From NCBI GenBank assembly GCA_039930145.1, contig JBDSPW010000007.1, positions 22,383 to 86,382 of the forward strand: 64,000 bases of DNA. The letters are read 5' to 3'. Below are positions 7,487 through 17,698 of the stretch, in pieces. The notes beneath the pieces are model-generated. The model was given only the letters and a program-made list of their open reading frames with translations, was not told where the DNA came from and searched no databases. This DNA comes from Candidatus Saccharimonadales bacterium (GTDB lineage: Bacteria > Patescibacteriota > Saccharimonadia > Saccharimonadales > UBA4665). Every line of letters starts with the position of its first letter. The stretch's first letter is position 1. Made by a program: the position numbers and the translations under genes.

Positions 7487-8404
7487 ATGCAATTCGCTAA
7501 AGCTAAAACAGATTTTCTAGAGTACCTCGAGATTGAACAAAACCGTTCGCAAAAAACGATTAGCAATTACGATCATTACCTCACCCGTCTGGTAGATTTT
7601 GCCGGCGATATCGAGGTATCCGATATCGACCCCGAGCTGATTCGTAAATGGCGCCTCTGGCTTAACCGCTTGGGCACTAACGTATCTGACGAATTGCAGA
7701 AGTCTACGCAGAATTATCACCTGATTGCCCTACGCAGCTTCCTCAAGTTCTGCGCCAAACGAAACATTCCGGCCATCCCCGCCGACAAGATCGAGCTCGC
7801 GCGCACCGTGCGCAAACAAGTCACTTTCTTAAACGAGGAAGAGCTGGAGCGAATGTTTGCCGAACCCAAAATCGACACCCTGCCTGGCATGCGCGACCGT
7901 GCTATCCTGGAACTTTTATTCAGCAGTGGCCTACGTGTTTCCGAGCTGGTCGGGCTCGACCGCGACCATATCAACCTGAATCGCCGAGAGTTCATGGTGC
8001 GTGGTAAGGGCCAGAAGGACCGACCGATATTTATCAGCTCTGAAGCTGCCGAGTGGATTGAACGCTACCTAAAAGACCGCAAAGATACCGCAAAACCGCT
8101 GTTTGTGCGTTACAGCGGTACCAAAAAGGTCGATTTAACAGGTAACTACCACCGTTTGACCGCCCGAAGTATTCAACGTCTCGTTGCCCGCTACGCCCTG
8201 CTGGCCGGTATCACAAAACATGTCAGCCCGCACACCATGCGTCACAGCTTTGCCACCGATTTACTGATGAATGGCGCCGATTTACGTTCTGTGCAAGCGA
8301 TGCTCGGCCACAGCAATATCAGCACGACACAAATTTATACTCACGTAACCGATCCGCACCTCAAAAGCGTCCACGAACGTTTTCATCACAAGAACAACGA
8401 CTAG
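7487..8404 (+). CDS. Tyrosine recombinase XerC/XerD family
   Basis: SAM-like N-domain. The C-terminal region reads HTMRHSFATDLLMNGADLRSVQAMLGHSNISTTQIYTHV (R..H..R..Y catalytic pattern). Confidence 0.85.
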   Translation: MQFAKAKTDFLEYLEIEQNRSQKTISNYDHYLTRLVDFAGDIEVSDIDPELIRKWRLWLNRLGTNVSDELQKSTQNYHLIALRSFLKFCAKRNIPAIPADKIELARTVRKQVTFLNEEELERMFAEPKIDTLPGMRDRAILELLFSSGLRVSELVGLDRDHINLNRREFMVRGKGQKDRPIFISSEAAEWIERYLKDRKDTAKPLFVRYSGTKKVDLTGNYHRLTARSIQRLVARYALLAGITKHVSPHTMRHSFATDLLMNGADLRSVQAMLGHSNISTTQIYTHVTDPHLKSVHERFHHKNND

Positions 8405-8411
8405 TTACAAG

Positions 8412-9527
8412 CTACGGATTCGTCGGAGTACCCGAGGAACCAGCATCACACAGAGGATTGCCTGGCGCGCCCAATATATCAGTTGCTGGACCATCGAAAG
8501 AACCGGCAGTCACCATAAAGCGCTTACAGACACTGTCGCCACTCATAAGCGCAGAAGAAGGAGAACTTTTGGGAACAGCGTCGAGCGAAACAGCTACCAA
8601 AATTCGTCGTAAGACATCCTGCGCTTTTCCGGTGACACTTATCTGTGCTTGAGCATCCGCGAACCCAATGTCTGCACCGAGAGCATCTTTTGCGGAAATA
8701 GTGAGCGAGGTCCCTAGATACAATGTGTTTATGCGCAGATAGTACGAATTGACCCCTGCCCCACTGAAGTTGACAGTCGCTGTACAAACAGCAGCACAAT
8801 TTGCAGCAACAGATTTTGCATTATCCGTTGCCCAGACATAATTGCCGCCACCACCGGCTCTAACCGGCTCTAGGAAGTTAACATGCGTGTTGTCCATCAG
8901 GCCATCTCGTGACAAGACATTGGTAGGCGTGAGCTCCGTCCTAAGTACCGGGAATTTGCAGTTCCACGGGGCAGCACCCGTAGCAACCGGATACTGGCTG
9001 GCAGCACCAGGACAATTTGCGAGTGGCTGAGCACTTTGCCCTGGTGCAGGCACCCACGAATAAGTGATCGTATTAAATGCCTGTCCACCCGACGACTTGA
9101 GCTTAATGACTTCGGTTGAAGACGTGTCAAGAGACGGTGCGCCGAGCTTGAACTTCAACTTTGTCGGAGCAGGGTCAACGATAACGCAGGTGTACGACAC
9201 ATTATCCGCCGCGTTACCTATTACAGATGCTGCCGTCAGTGAGGCATACATACCACCATTAGCACATGTCGCCTTTGGCAATATCGGATTATTGGTGTTA
9301 ATCGCATTACGCATGATTGCCAGCGTGTCGTTAAGACCACTCTCTGCAGCATAGAACGCCTGCGTACTAAGCTGTGTGTCAAGCGAGCTGCGCTGTGTGC
9401 GCCGGCTGACTTGGGCGAAGCCAATAACTATGAGGCTGATAACTATTATCATAATGAGCGTCACCATGACAGCAACCATGCCGGATTCTGATTTCCTGAC
9501 CTGATTGGGATATTTGTTAGTGGTCAT
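8412..9527 (-). CDS. PilX-N-like pilus-associated protein (last gene of the pilus cluster)
   Basis: N-terminal hydrophobic segment GMVAVMVTLIMIIVISLIVIGFAQV as in PilX N-terminal domains. The remainder is Cys-containing and secreted-looking. Confidence 0.5.
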   Translation of the reverse strand: MTTNKYPNQVRKSESGMVAVMVTLIMIIVISLIVIGFAQVSRRTQRSSLDTQLSTQAFYAAESGLNDTLAIMRNAINTNNPILPKATCANGGMYASLTAASVIGNAADNVSYTCVIVDPAPTKLKFKLGAPSLDTSSTEVIKLKSSGGQAFNTITYSWVPAPGQSAQPLANCPGAASQYPVATGAAPWNCKFPVLRTELTPTNVLSRDGLMDNTHVNFLEPVRAGGGGNYVWATDNAKSVAANCAAVCTATVNFSGAGVNSYYLRINTLYLGTSLTISAKDALGADIGFADAQAQISVTGKAQDVLRRILVAVSLDAVPKSSPSSALMSGDSVCKRFMVTAGSFDGPATDILGAPGNPLCDAGSSGTPTNP

Positions 9528-9532
9528 GGTTG

Positions 9533-10198
9533 TTATTGTAACCTCGTCTGTACTTTTGTTGTCAAATCAGTAATCGCACAGTACTGGTTGCTTGTGCGTT
9601 CCGGCTCGCAATTTTCTGTATCCCAGGCAGGCGTACCAGATGACGGATCGGGGTTAAGTACATCATCATCGCCATAAATGATACGCAGATGTATTGTAAA
9701 GCTCGAATCACTATTATCAGTGATATCGAGCGCCGACAGACGCATCTTATCACCCAACATTTCCCTTTGGCCGGCAGGGAGTTGCGCCAGCGGCGATAAT
9801 GAAGGCGTCGTGGACGAACACGAGGTGACACTGTTATCGACCACCAGGCCATGGTAAGCCTGGTGCTGCGTGTTGTCGGGGCTTTTGTCGGTTACCTGCT
9901 GCCCGATCTGATAACTGTACAGCTTGTCATCTACACAAAAGCCAGAGGTGCCGGTTGCCGGGTCTTGTAAATCGAGTGTGATACTCTTGCCAAATTGAAT
10001 CGCTTGCGTCAGTTCGGACATCACTTGGCGAGCAGTCGTCTGCGTATTGGATGTAACGACCCCCTTATAATACTGGCGGGTAAAGCCAAGAATACCGGCC
10101 GTAATAACTAGCATAATCACCGAAAAAACTGTGGTAGCAATCAGTAGCTCTATGATGGTAAAGCCGGCAGCATGTTTGTTGGAGGTTGGGCGTTTCAT
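9533..10198 (-). CDS. Type IV minor pilin (prepilin-type N-terminal cleavage/methylation domain)
   Basis: AAGFTIIELLIATTVFSVIM (G/FTxxE motif). Confidence 0.75.
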   Translation of the reverse strand: MKRPTSNKHAAGFTIIELLIATTVFSVIMLVITAGILGFTRQYYKGVVTSNTQTTARQVMSELTQAIQFGKSITLDLQDPATGTSGFCVDDKLYSYQIGQQVTDKSPDNTQHQAYHGLVVDNSVTSCSSTTPSLSPLAQLPAGQREMLGDKMRLSALDITDNSDSSFTIHLRIIYGDDDVLNPDPSSGTPAWDTENCEPERTSNQYCAITDLTTKVQTRLQ

Positions 10199-10201
10199 AG
10201 G

Positions 10202-11038
10202 TTACGAACAGGCCTTGATCTCTAGTTTTACTGCCAAGTTATGTCCGTTTGAACCAATCGAGAGCAGCGCAGTGTCATTGGTGGTACCGCTCTTAAAACA
10301 AATCACTACACCCCCCACTGGATTAATAGCCGCCGTGCGTAAATGGCCGTTCCGCAGGGTGGTTATCGTCGCTGATTCCGTGCTGCCTAAGCCAAGACCC
10401 GGGACTGCCACAAGGTCGACTGCCCCAGACTCGTACGAACCAGAGTTGCCCAGGTCACCTACCTGTGACAAAAAGCCCACCACGTTCGTATCGTGAGGAC
10501 CGCTACCATCGAAATACTTCATAGAGACAGCCTCTAGGCCGTACGAGAGGAAATTTTTTGTCGTGACATTGATTTGCGGGACAGGATTGATACCGGTGTC
10601 ATCAATAGGAGTAGGCTTGACGCCCAGCCAGTCCGTAGCGCTTCGTAGACCTGCCATGCTGTAGGTATTGTATTGCTCAGGAGTAGTGCCGTTCACGCTA
10701 AATTGCAGCACTTTACCCAGGAACACACACTGGTCATTCTTGCCCTGTCCTACCGTGCCTGCAGCCGCAGGAGCAATAACGGGCATGTTGCCCCCCAGCA
10801 AGACATCTGATCCTTGCACGCAAGTAAAGTCCTGAGTATCAGGATAATACCCTGTCGAAACTTCATTAATGGTTTGCTGTACTTTGGTCTGGATATCCCG
10901 CACAGATTGTTGAAATTGGGCTTTGTTTTGCTTGCCGCCGAGCGTGATCATAACCATTACGAATAACAAGCTGGTGACCCCTAATACCAACAGCGTTTCA
11001 ACTATTGTGAAACCGGCCGAATTTGTCTCACCCTTCAT
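10202..11038 (-). CDS. Type IV minor pilin (prepilin-type N-terminal domain)
   Basis: SAGFTIVETLLVLGVTSLLF. Confidence 0.75.
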   Translation of the reverse strand: MKGETNSAGFTIVETLLVLGVTSLLFVMVMITLGGKQNKAQFQQSVRDIQTKVQQTINEVSTGYYPDTQDFTCVQGSDVLLGGNMPVIAPAAAGTVGQGKNDQCVFLGKVLQFSVNGTTPEQYNTYSMAGLRSATDWLGVKPTPIDDTGINPVPQINVTTKNFLSYGLEAVSMKYFDGSGPHDTNVVGFLSQVGDLGNSGSYESGAVDLVAVPGLGLGSTESATITTLRNGHLRTAAINPVGGVVICFKSGTTNDTALLSIGSNGHNLAVKLEIKACS

Positions 11039-11074
11039 GGGCTCAAGTATACCATAAGCGTATTCGGTACTGTA

Positions 11075-11926
11075 TCAGTTTATGACAAATAGCACTTCGT
11101 AGGCATGGACGATTGTGTCCCCAAAAAGTACCACCAGCACGGTGGCCAGCAGCAAGAATGGACCAAACGGAATATGCGAACTCCGCGAGGCTTTGCCTCT
11201 AAGCATAAGCGGGAGACTTACGAGCATGCCAAGTACCGAGGAAAAGAAGATAACAAACAGTGCCTTTAGGGGGCTGGCCGCCAAAAGACCCAACATAATG
11301 GCGATCTTCACGTCTCCGCCACCGATCCACCGACCATTGCTGAATGCAAACAGGCCATAAAACATGCCACCGATGACCAGGGCGCCCCAGACAGAGCCCA
11401 TAAGGCCCGAAACGCCACCGTGAAATACCGTGGCGTCAATTAGTACCTTCGCAGCGGTTATTACCGTCAGTGGCAGAACAATCTTGTCGGGCAGCAAAAA
11501 CCATTTAAAGTCATAAATGCTCAAAGCCACGAAGCCGGCCAAGAGTACCAACCAGACTATAAAATCAAATATCCCCTGTCCGCTCCATGGCATAGGCCAA
11601 AAAACGTAGGAGGCTACAAATAACAGCGCCGTAGCGGCCTCTGCAAGCGGTTCTAACCAGCCAATCGGCTGGTGGCAGTAGCGGCACTTTCCGCGCAGGT
11701 ACAACCAGCTAAACAGCGGTATTAGGTCACGTGCAGCAAGCGGATGCTTGCAATGCGAGCACATCGAACGGCCGGTACGTATCGACAGCTCTTTTTGGTA
11801 CGATTTATCGGCTGCGGAAAGTTTCTTTTTACCTGACAGCTGCGATTGCTCATGCAGTCGCCACACAGTGGCGCAGACAAAGCTACCAATACACAATCCG
11901 AGTATTCCAATAAAGACAACAATCAT
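11075..11926 (-). CDS. pilD: Prepilin peptidase/N-methyltransferase (A24 family)
   Basis: CSHCKH...CRYCHQPI Zn-finger region, GGGDVK active-site block, and a multi-TM topology. Confidence 0.9.
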   Translation of the reverse strand: MIVVFIGILGLCIGSFVCATVWRLHEQSQLSGKKKLSAADKSYQKELSIRTGRSMCSHCKHPLAARDLIPLFSWLYLRGKCRYCHQPIGWLEPLAEAATALLFVASYVFWPMPWSGQGIFDFIVWLVLLAGFVALSIYDFKWFLLPDKIVLPLTVITAAKVLIDATVFHGGVSGLMGSVWGALVIGGMFYGLFAFSNGRWIGGGDVKIAIMLGLLAASPLKALFVIFFSSVLGMLVSLPLMLRGKASRSSHIPFGPFLLLATVLVVLFGDTIVHAYEVLFVIN

Positions 11927-11943
11927 TACCGCTTATGGTACCA

Positions 11944-11976
11944 CAAAATAAAACAGACCCGATAAACGGGTCTGTT
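11944..11976 (-). terminator. Intrinsic terminator after pilA
   Basis: Minus strand reads ACAGACCCGtttatCGGGTCTGT followed by TTTATTTT. Confidence 0.7.
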
Positions 11977-12003
11977 CTTGAATTGGAAGGCGTATCCCTA
12001 GGG

Positions 12004-12477
12004 TTAGCTTTCAGTACACTGGGCAACTACAGCACCAGCGGAATCTTCGACAGCGTAGACAATGACCATTGCACGCGTTGCAGATGCAGTCGTACTGTAT
12101 GCAGTTCCACCGACGTTAGCGTTACACTTGCGACCGGTGTCTATGGTAGCCGTGTCGAAAGTTGGAGAGATATTAGCGGCACTGCCTGTCTGAATTACTA
12201 GGCCTGTAATACTCTTAGTCTTTGTAAGGGCCATTATAGCGCCGTTGTTTGCAGTTACAGGAATTGTACCGTTGTTATTGTTCGTAAACTCACTAGCAGC
12301 CGCGAGGATGCTTGCGGCGTCGTTCTTGTACTGTGTGTTACGTGAGTTACGTTGTAATGCAGGAACGGCCAGGAACACGATCAACATGATAAGTCCGGCG
12401 ATAGCCAAGACGATCATCACTTCGATGATGGTGAAACCCTTTTGGTTATCAGAATTACGTTTTTTAAGATTGTGCAT
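12004..12477 (-). CDS. pilA: Major type IV pilin
   Basis: QKGFTIIEVMIVLAIAGLIMLIVF prepilin leader and helix. It is 157 aa, has two Cys near the C-terminus, and has its own terminator. Confidence 0.88.
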   Translation of the reverse strand: MHNLKKRNSDNQKGFTIIEVMIVLAIAGLIMLIVFLAVPALQRNSRNTQYKNDAASILAAASEFTNNNNGTIPVTANNGAIMALTKTKSITGLVIQTGSAANISPTFDTATIDTGRKCNANVGGTAYSTTASATRAMVIVYAVEDSAGAVVAQCTES

Positions 12478-12568
12478 GTGTAAATGCCCCCTTTACGAAC
12501 TGTTAATGCTTATGATTGAATATTATATATACCCCTGCTAAAAAGCAAGTGATATTTGACACAGCTAT

Positions 12569-13792
12569 CTAGACAACGTTGCCTGCAGAGCCAGCCAAGC
12601 TGTAGATAGGCAGCAATACGGCCGCGACAATCGTGAACGCCACGATACCCATTATCACCATCATTACTGGTTCTATAAGGGTCTGGATGTTTTTAACCTC
12701 TTGATCGAGCTCTTTTTCGTAGTAGTCAGCCGCTTTGGCGAGCATTTGCTCGAGTGAACCTGACTGCTCACCGATCTTGAGCATATTTGGTACTAGTTCG
12801 AGGAAATTCGGGTCGCCGGTAAGTGCATCGCCGAGCGATTTACCACCCTTTACTTTCTCGATAGCCGCATTGAGCGATCCGGTAATATGCACATTATCGA
12901 TTGCCCGCGCCGTGATTTCGAGGACCTGAATGAGCGGCACACCGCTACCAACAAGCGTCGTAGACGTACGCGAAAATCGTGCCATGTAGAGCTTCATAAA
13001 CAGTGGTCCAAATGGCCACGCGCGCATCTTGAATTTATCAATAATTGACTTACCGCCGAGCGTTCGTACCCACCGCGATGTAAAGACACCAATAACCCCG
13101 ACCACGATCAGCATTATCCACCATTGGTGAATCAACAAATCAGATACGCCCATGAGTATACGGGTCACCAGTGGTAAGCTCGCCCCGCCCCCGACCTCGC
13201 TATAGAGTTCTTTTACCTGAGGCAGCACTTTTACGAGCATAAAGCCCACAACGACCGCCATGACTACCAAGATAATCAACGGATAGATCATTGCACCTTT
13301 AATTTTAGCGAGAATATCAGCATCTTTTTCTTGCTGATTCGCCAGACGTTCTAGTGCAGAATCGAGCGTACCAGATGTTTCGCCGGCTGCGATGAGGCTT
13401 AGATACACCTGATTAAACACATCGGGATGCTTACCCATAGACGCCGCAAGCGCCGAACCACCTTCGACGTCGGCAATTATCTCGGAAATAATGACTCGGA
13501 GTGGCTTACTCTGGGTTTGGGCATTCACACTTCGCAGACTTTGTAGCAGTGGCAGACCGGCATTGAGCAAGGTCGACAATTGCCTAGAGAAAAGAATCTT
13601 GTCCTTAGTCTTCACCTTGTTGAAGCGAGCAGTAAGCGGGTTGCCACCAGCACGACTTACACTAATATCTACGGGAACCAGGCCCTCGGCCCGGATAAGT
13701 TTTGCGGCCGACGATTCGCTATCTGCCTGCACCCCTGCCTTGACCTGACGGCCACTGACAGGATCGCGGGCGACGTAATTATAGGTCAGCAT
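12569..13792 (-). CDS. pilC: Type IV pilus platform protein (GspF/PilC family)
   Basis: 407 aa with duplicated T2SS-F domains and three TM segments. Confidence 0.9.
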   Translation of the reverse strand: MLTYNYVARDPVSGRQVKAGVQADSESSAAKLIRAEGLVPVDISVSRAGGNPLTARFNKVKTKDKILFSRQLSTLLNAGLPLLQSLRSVNAQTQSKPLRVIISEIIADVEGGSALAASMGKHPDVFNQVYLSLIAAGETSGTLDSALERLANQQEKDADILAKIKGAMIYPLIILVVMAVVVGFMLVKVLPQVKELYSEVGGGASLPLVTRILMGVSDLLIHQWWIMLIVVGVIGVFTSRWVRTLGGKSIIDKFKMRAWPFGPLFMKLYMARFSRTSTTLVGSGVPLIQVLEITARAIDNVHITGSLNAAIEKVKGGKSLGDALTGDPNFLELVPNMLKIGEQSGSLEQMLAKAADYYEKELDQEVKNIQTLIEPVMMVIMGIVAFTIVAAVLLPIYSLAGSAGNVV

Positions 13793-13796
13793 CTGT

Positions 13797-14864
13797 TTAG
13801 CTCCTCATCATCCTATCGAGTTCATCGATATCGACAGCAACGTTACGGGCTTCGTCGTAGGTAATGGTCCCTTCGTGAATCAGGCTGGCCAATGTTTTGT
13901 CCATAGACTGCATACCGAACTCGGCACCGGTCTGGATGACCGCGTCGAGCTGGTGAGATTTGCCTTCGCGAATAATGTTACGGACAGCTGGGGTACCGAT
14001 AAGGATCTCTGCAGCCGCAATTCGTCCACCACCAATGGCTGGGATGAGCCGTTGGCTACAGATAGCAACCAAAATATTAGACAGCTGGGCCCGAATCTGG
14101 GGCTGTTGGTGCGGTGGGAATACGTCGATCATACGATCGATACTCTGAGCTGCGCTGTTAGTGTGCAGTGTGGCGAGCACAAGGTGCCCTGTCTCGGCGA
14201 TAGTAATAGCCGAAGCAATCGTTTCGAGGTCACGCATTTCTCCAATCAACACGACATCGGGGTCTTCGCGGAGCGCACTTCGCAGCGCTGCGCTAAAGCT
14301 GTAGGTGTCGTAGTGGACTTCACGTTGGACAATGACCGATTTGCGAGAGGTGTGCGTATATTCGATGGGGTCTTCGATGGTGATGATGTGCTTGGCCTGC
14401 TCCATGTTGATCTTGTGGACCAAGGCGGCCAGCGAGGTCGACTTACCAGAGCCCGTTGGACCGGTAACGAGCACCAGCCCGCGTGGATAGTCGGCAAACT
14501 TCGTGACAATCTGGGGCAGACCCAGTTGTTCGACCGAAAGAATTTCGTTGGTAATGAGACGCAAGGCCGCGGCCAGGTTTCCCCGTTCGTGGAAAGCATT
14601 TACACGGAAACGGCCTAGGTCACCAAAGGCAAAACTAAAGTCAAATTCTTTATCTTTGAGCAGGATTTGCTTTTGGTCTTCGTCCAAAACAGCAAAAATA
14701 AGGGTCTCGACGGCTTCGTCGGTGAGAATATCTGCCCCACTGACGGGCAATAACGCTCCGTCCACGCGGAGCATAGGTGGCAGACCAACTTGCAAGTGAA
14801 GGTCAGAAGCCTTCTTCTTTACGACTTCTTCGAGTAATACTTCGATTCGCGGTTGCCCCTGCAT
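13797..14864 (-). CDS. pilT: Twitching-motility retraction ATPase PilT
   Basis: GPTGSGKST Walker A and the AVRNIIREGK signature. Length is 355 aa. Confidence 0.9.
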   Translation of the reverse strand: MQGQPRIEVLLEEVVKKKASDLHLQVGLPPMLRVDGALLPVSGADILTDEAVETLIFAVLDEDQKQILLKDKEFDFSFAFGDLGRFRVNAFHERGNLAAALRLITNEILSVEQLGLPQIVTKFADYPRGLVLVTGPTGSGKSTSLAALVHKINMEQAKHIITIEDPIEYTHTSRKSVIVQREVHYDTYSFSAALRSALREDPDVVLIGEMRDLETIASAITIAETGHLVLATLHTNSAAQSIDRMIDVFPPHQQPQIRAQLSNILVAICSQRLIPAIGGGRIAAAEILIGTPAVRNIIREGKSHQLDAVIQTGAEFGMQSMDKTLASLIHEGTITYDEARNVAVDIDELDRMMRS

Positions 14865-14880
14865 GGTTCCACCCTCTCTC

Positions 14881-16710
14881 TTATTCCACTTCCGCGGCTG
14901 CGACGCGGTTAATTTCGTTTAATGTTGTATAGCCATTTAAGGCTTTCAGATAGCCGTCTTCACGCATTGTGACCATTCCCCCAGCCTGCGCTGCCTTTTG
15001 AATTTCGGTACTTGTCGAACGTTGGAGAATCAGTTTCTGAATCTCTTCCGTTACGGCGAAGACTTCGTATATGCCCATTCGGCCGCTGTAGCCTCCTGGT
15101 GAGCCCGGACTATCCTTGCCCTTGGTTAAAGTATAAGCGTTTTGGTCGCTTAGAGGCAAGTTATCGTAGCCCAAGTCTTCCGAAACTTCTTTGATTTTTG
15201 CTTTATCAGTCGCCAAGAACTTGCCGAGTGTCTTCTTTATCGACTCCGTTTCGATAGCATTACTGTCGTAGGTTTCCTTGCCTTCGCTGGCAATCCGGCG
15301 CACCAGACGCTGACCAATCACCGTTTTAACGGTTGAGGCAATCAGGAACGGTTCAATCCCCATGTCGAGCAGACGAGGCAAAATGCCGGCGGCGCTGTTA
15401 GTGTGGAGCGTACTGAACACCAGGTGCCCTGTCAGAGCAGCCTGCACGGCTAGTTCAGCCGTTTCTTTGTCACGAATTTCCCCTACCATCACGACATCGG
15501 GGTCCTGACGCAGGATAGAGCGCAGACCAGTCGCGAACGTCAATCCCACATCGGCGTTAACCTGGATCTGGTTGATTCCGCCCATTTTGTATTCCACAGG
15601 ATCTTCGAGAGTCACGATGTTGATAGAATCGTCTTTGATTTCCTGAATCAGCGCGTACAGCGAGGTCGACTTACCAGAACCGGTTGGTCCAGACGTAAGA
15701 ATCATGCCGTTGTTCTGTTTGAGCCCTTCGCGTATCGTACGCAAACTGCGCCCATGGTACCCCATGTCCTCGAGCTTTAGGCTGGTGCCAGTTTTGTCGA
15801 GCAGACGAATAACCACCTGCTCTCCCCAGATAACTGGGGAAATCGCAATACGAAGGTCGATGTCACGACCGGCTACCTGAATCGTAAACTCGCCATCCTG
15901 CGGTGTGCGGTGTTCATCAATCTTGAGGTTTGCCAGAATTTTAATACGTGATACCAGCGGTGGCTCGGTACTTTTGGGTAATTTCATGACTTCGCGCAAG
16001 ATACCATCGATACGGCAACGAATCTTAAGCGCATCCGGCAGTGGCTCGATGTGTACGTCACTGGCGTGGTTCTTGGCCGCAAACTCTAGGATTGTCGACA
16101 GCGCCTTGCTGATGGGCGAGTCCTGCACGAGTGTCTTGATATTTTTGTCAGCGGCGGCCTTGTCGGCAGCTTTGATGGAGGCAGGAGATTTGGGGTCGCT
16201 TAATGTGGGGTCAAGCTTGATATCACCAGTTAGTTTTTGGATATCATCGGCAACTGAGTCCGAAATATCGGCGGTATACTGCTTGAGGACGTTACGAATT
16301 CCCTCTTCCGAAGCCGAATATACCTTGAGCGGGCGACCAATTTTGTTACTCAAAAAGTCCACGGCCTGGACGTTGTCAGCATCGAGCATCGCAACCACCA
16401 AACGGTGCTGCATTTCGCCGAGTGGGACAGCCATGTAGCGTTCGGCAACATCTTGTGGCAACAGGTCTAAGACGGCCGGTTCAACATGGGCACTGCCAAG
16501 GTTTACATAGGGTACCTTGGCGACCTTGGCGATGGCCTTGGTAAGCTGTTCATTTGTTACCGCACCATCACTTACCAGCAAACCGAGCAACGGCGTCGAG
16601 CTTTTCGTCGCCTTGTCTTTTAGGGTTTTTAGCTGCTCTGCGTTAAGTACGCCGTCTTTGACGAGATCGTCCTCAACCTGCTGCTGGCTGGCTGCAGATA
16701 AAACACTCAT
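14881..16710 (-). CDS. pilB: Type IV pilus assembly ATPase PilB (GspE family)
   Basis: N-terminal T2SSE_N-like domains, GPTGSGKST, and Asp/His boxes. Length is 609 aa. Confidence 0.9.
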   Translation of the reverse strand: MSVLSAASQQQVEDDLVKDGVLNAEQLKTLKDKATKSSTPLLGLLVSDGAVTNEQLTKAIAKVAKVPYVNLGSAHVEPAVLDLLPQDVAERYMAVPLGEMQHRLVVAMLDADNVQAVDFLSNKIGRPLKVYSASEEGIRNVLKQYTADISDSVADDIQKLTGDIKLDPTLSDPKSPASIKAADKAAADKNIKTLVQDSPISKALSTILEFAAKNHASDVHIEPLPDALKIRCRIDGILREVMKLPKSTEPPLVSRIKILANLKIDEHRTPQDGEFTIQVAGRDIDLRIAISPVIWGEQVVIRLLDKTGTSLKLEDMGYHGRSLRTIREGLKQNNGMILTSGPTGSGKSTSLYALIQEIKDDSINIVTLEDPVEYKMGGINQIQVNADVGLTFATGLRSILRQDPDVVMVGEIRDKETAELAVQAALTGHLVFSTLHTNSAAGILPRLLDMGIEPFLIASTVKTVIGQRLVRRIASEGKETYDSNAIETESIKKTLGKFLATDKAKIKEVSEDLGYDNLPLSDQNAYTLTKGKDSPGSPGGYSGRMGIYEVFAVTEEIQKLILQRSTSTEIQKAAQAGGMVTMREDGYLKALNGYTTLNEINRVAAAEVE

Positions 16711-16730
16711 GTGAGGTTACTTCGCAGTAT

Positions 16731-16979
16731 TTACTGCGCTCCCTTAAATGGGGTCGGGTTGTTCCCGTCGCCCACCTGAATCACTTGCGCTGGATCAATC
16801 GCATTGCTGTTGAAGTACTTGGCACTCGGCGTGGGGAAATCTGGCGTAATAACATCGACAACTTCGACCTTCTGCTGACGGTTGTCCGGGGTAGCAAAAA
16901 TAAGATGCGAAATAAAGTAGGATGCAAAGCCGCTGATTGCAGCGATAATAATGATGAGTGCTATGTCTTTTTGTTTCAT
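16731..16979 (-). CDS. Small single-pass membrane protein in the pilus operon (possible PilP-position analogue)
   Basis: 82 aa with an N-terminal TM helix. It overlaps the pilO-like stop by 4 nt. Confidence 0.45.
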   Translation of the reverse strand: MKQKDIALIIIIAAISGFASYFISHLIFATPDNRQQKVEVVDVITPDFPTPSAKYFNSNAIDPAQVIQVGDGNNPTPFKGAQ

Positions 16980-17692
16980 TGGGCTACCTTTGCAGTGGTT
17001 TTAGTGGTCGTCTTACCTGACTGAACAATCTTTGTGCTGATTTTTAGGTCTTTGCCGGGCTGATAGTAGGTCTGCGCAGTGACTTCCATACTGATTTCGG
17101 CCTGGGATCCTGACAGTGATACTATCTGTATATCCATGGGGCGTATTGAGCTTTCCAATGCCTTCAGCACATTATGCACACTGTCGTAATTGCCAGTGAC
17201 ACTGATTTTGAATGGCATTGCGATAGCTTGGGGTGATGCGCTTGTTGAGGCGTTAGCAGTGTTTAGGACATCGTCTGTTCCAGCAATACTACGAATAGTC
17301 ACCGACTGGTTGCTTAGGATTTTTTCGAGACTAGTGGCCATGGCCGGGAAATCGTACTTTGCGGGGAGTGCATCGAGGATAATTTTGGCGTTATCGCCAT
17401 CCTGCGATCCAGTCCCATTCGGATCGCCACCAAGAACATTCTGACTAGTGCTAGTGAAGGCTTGGTAGCTGCTGGTGAGTTGCTTAGCTGCTTCGATATC
17501 TTTTTTAACCGTATCGCGAGCTTCTCGCTTGGCGCTAATCACCTTGTTCTGATATTTAAACTGACCTACCAGGGTAATCGAGGCAATCAGGCTGAACACT
17601 ACCACAAAACATGCCCCGGCAGTAACAATCACAATAGTTGTGTTTGCTTTGCTGATGAGATTGCGTTTGATTGATTTTCCTGTTTGAGCCAT
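16976..17692 (-). CDS. pilO: PilO-like pilus alignment protein
   Basis: TM helix, a coiled segment and a C-terminal alpha/beta domain, located in the pilM-pilN-pilO position. Confidence 0.6.
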   Translation of the reverse strand: MAQTGKSIKRNLISKANTTIVIVTAGACFVVVFSLIASITLVGQFKYQNKVISAKREARDTVKKDIEAAKQLTSSYQAFTSTSQNVLGGDPNGTGSQDGDNAKIILDALPAKYDFPAMATSLEKILSNQSVTIRSIAGTDDVLNTANASTSASPQAIAMPFKISVTGNYDSVHNVLKALESSIRPMDIQIVSLSGSQAEISMEVTAQTYYQPGKDLKISTKIVQSGKTTTKTTAKVAQ

Positions 17693-17698
17693 GGTGGA

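Noticed and set aside
7487-8404. The XerC/D-type recombinase as the integrase of a mobile element carrying the pilus cluster
   Set aside because: Its sequence pattern and size fit a housekeeping Xer recombinase. I found no flanking direct repeats or att-like tRNA fragment next to it, and the GC content of the neighbouring genes is native.
13875-14618. 247-aa plus-strand ORF antisense to pilT, and similar long antisense ORFs (6866-7411 against ndk, 41685-42461 against pnp, 15905-16438 against pilB)
   Set aside because: Each lies fully inside a confidently identified gene on the other strand and has low-complexity, domain-free translations. These are shadow ORFs.
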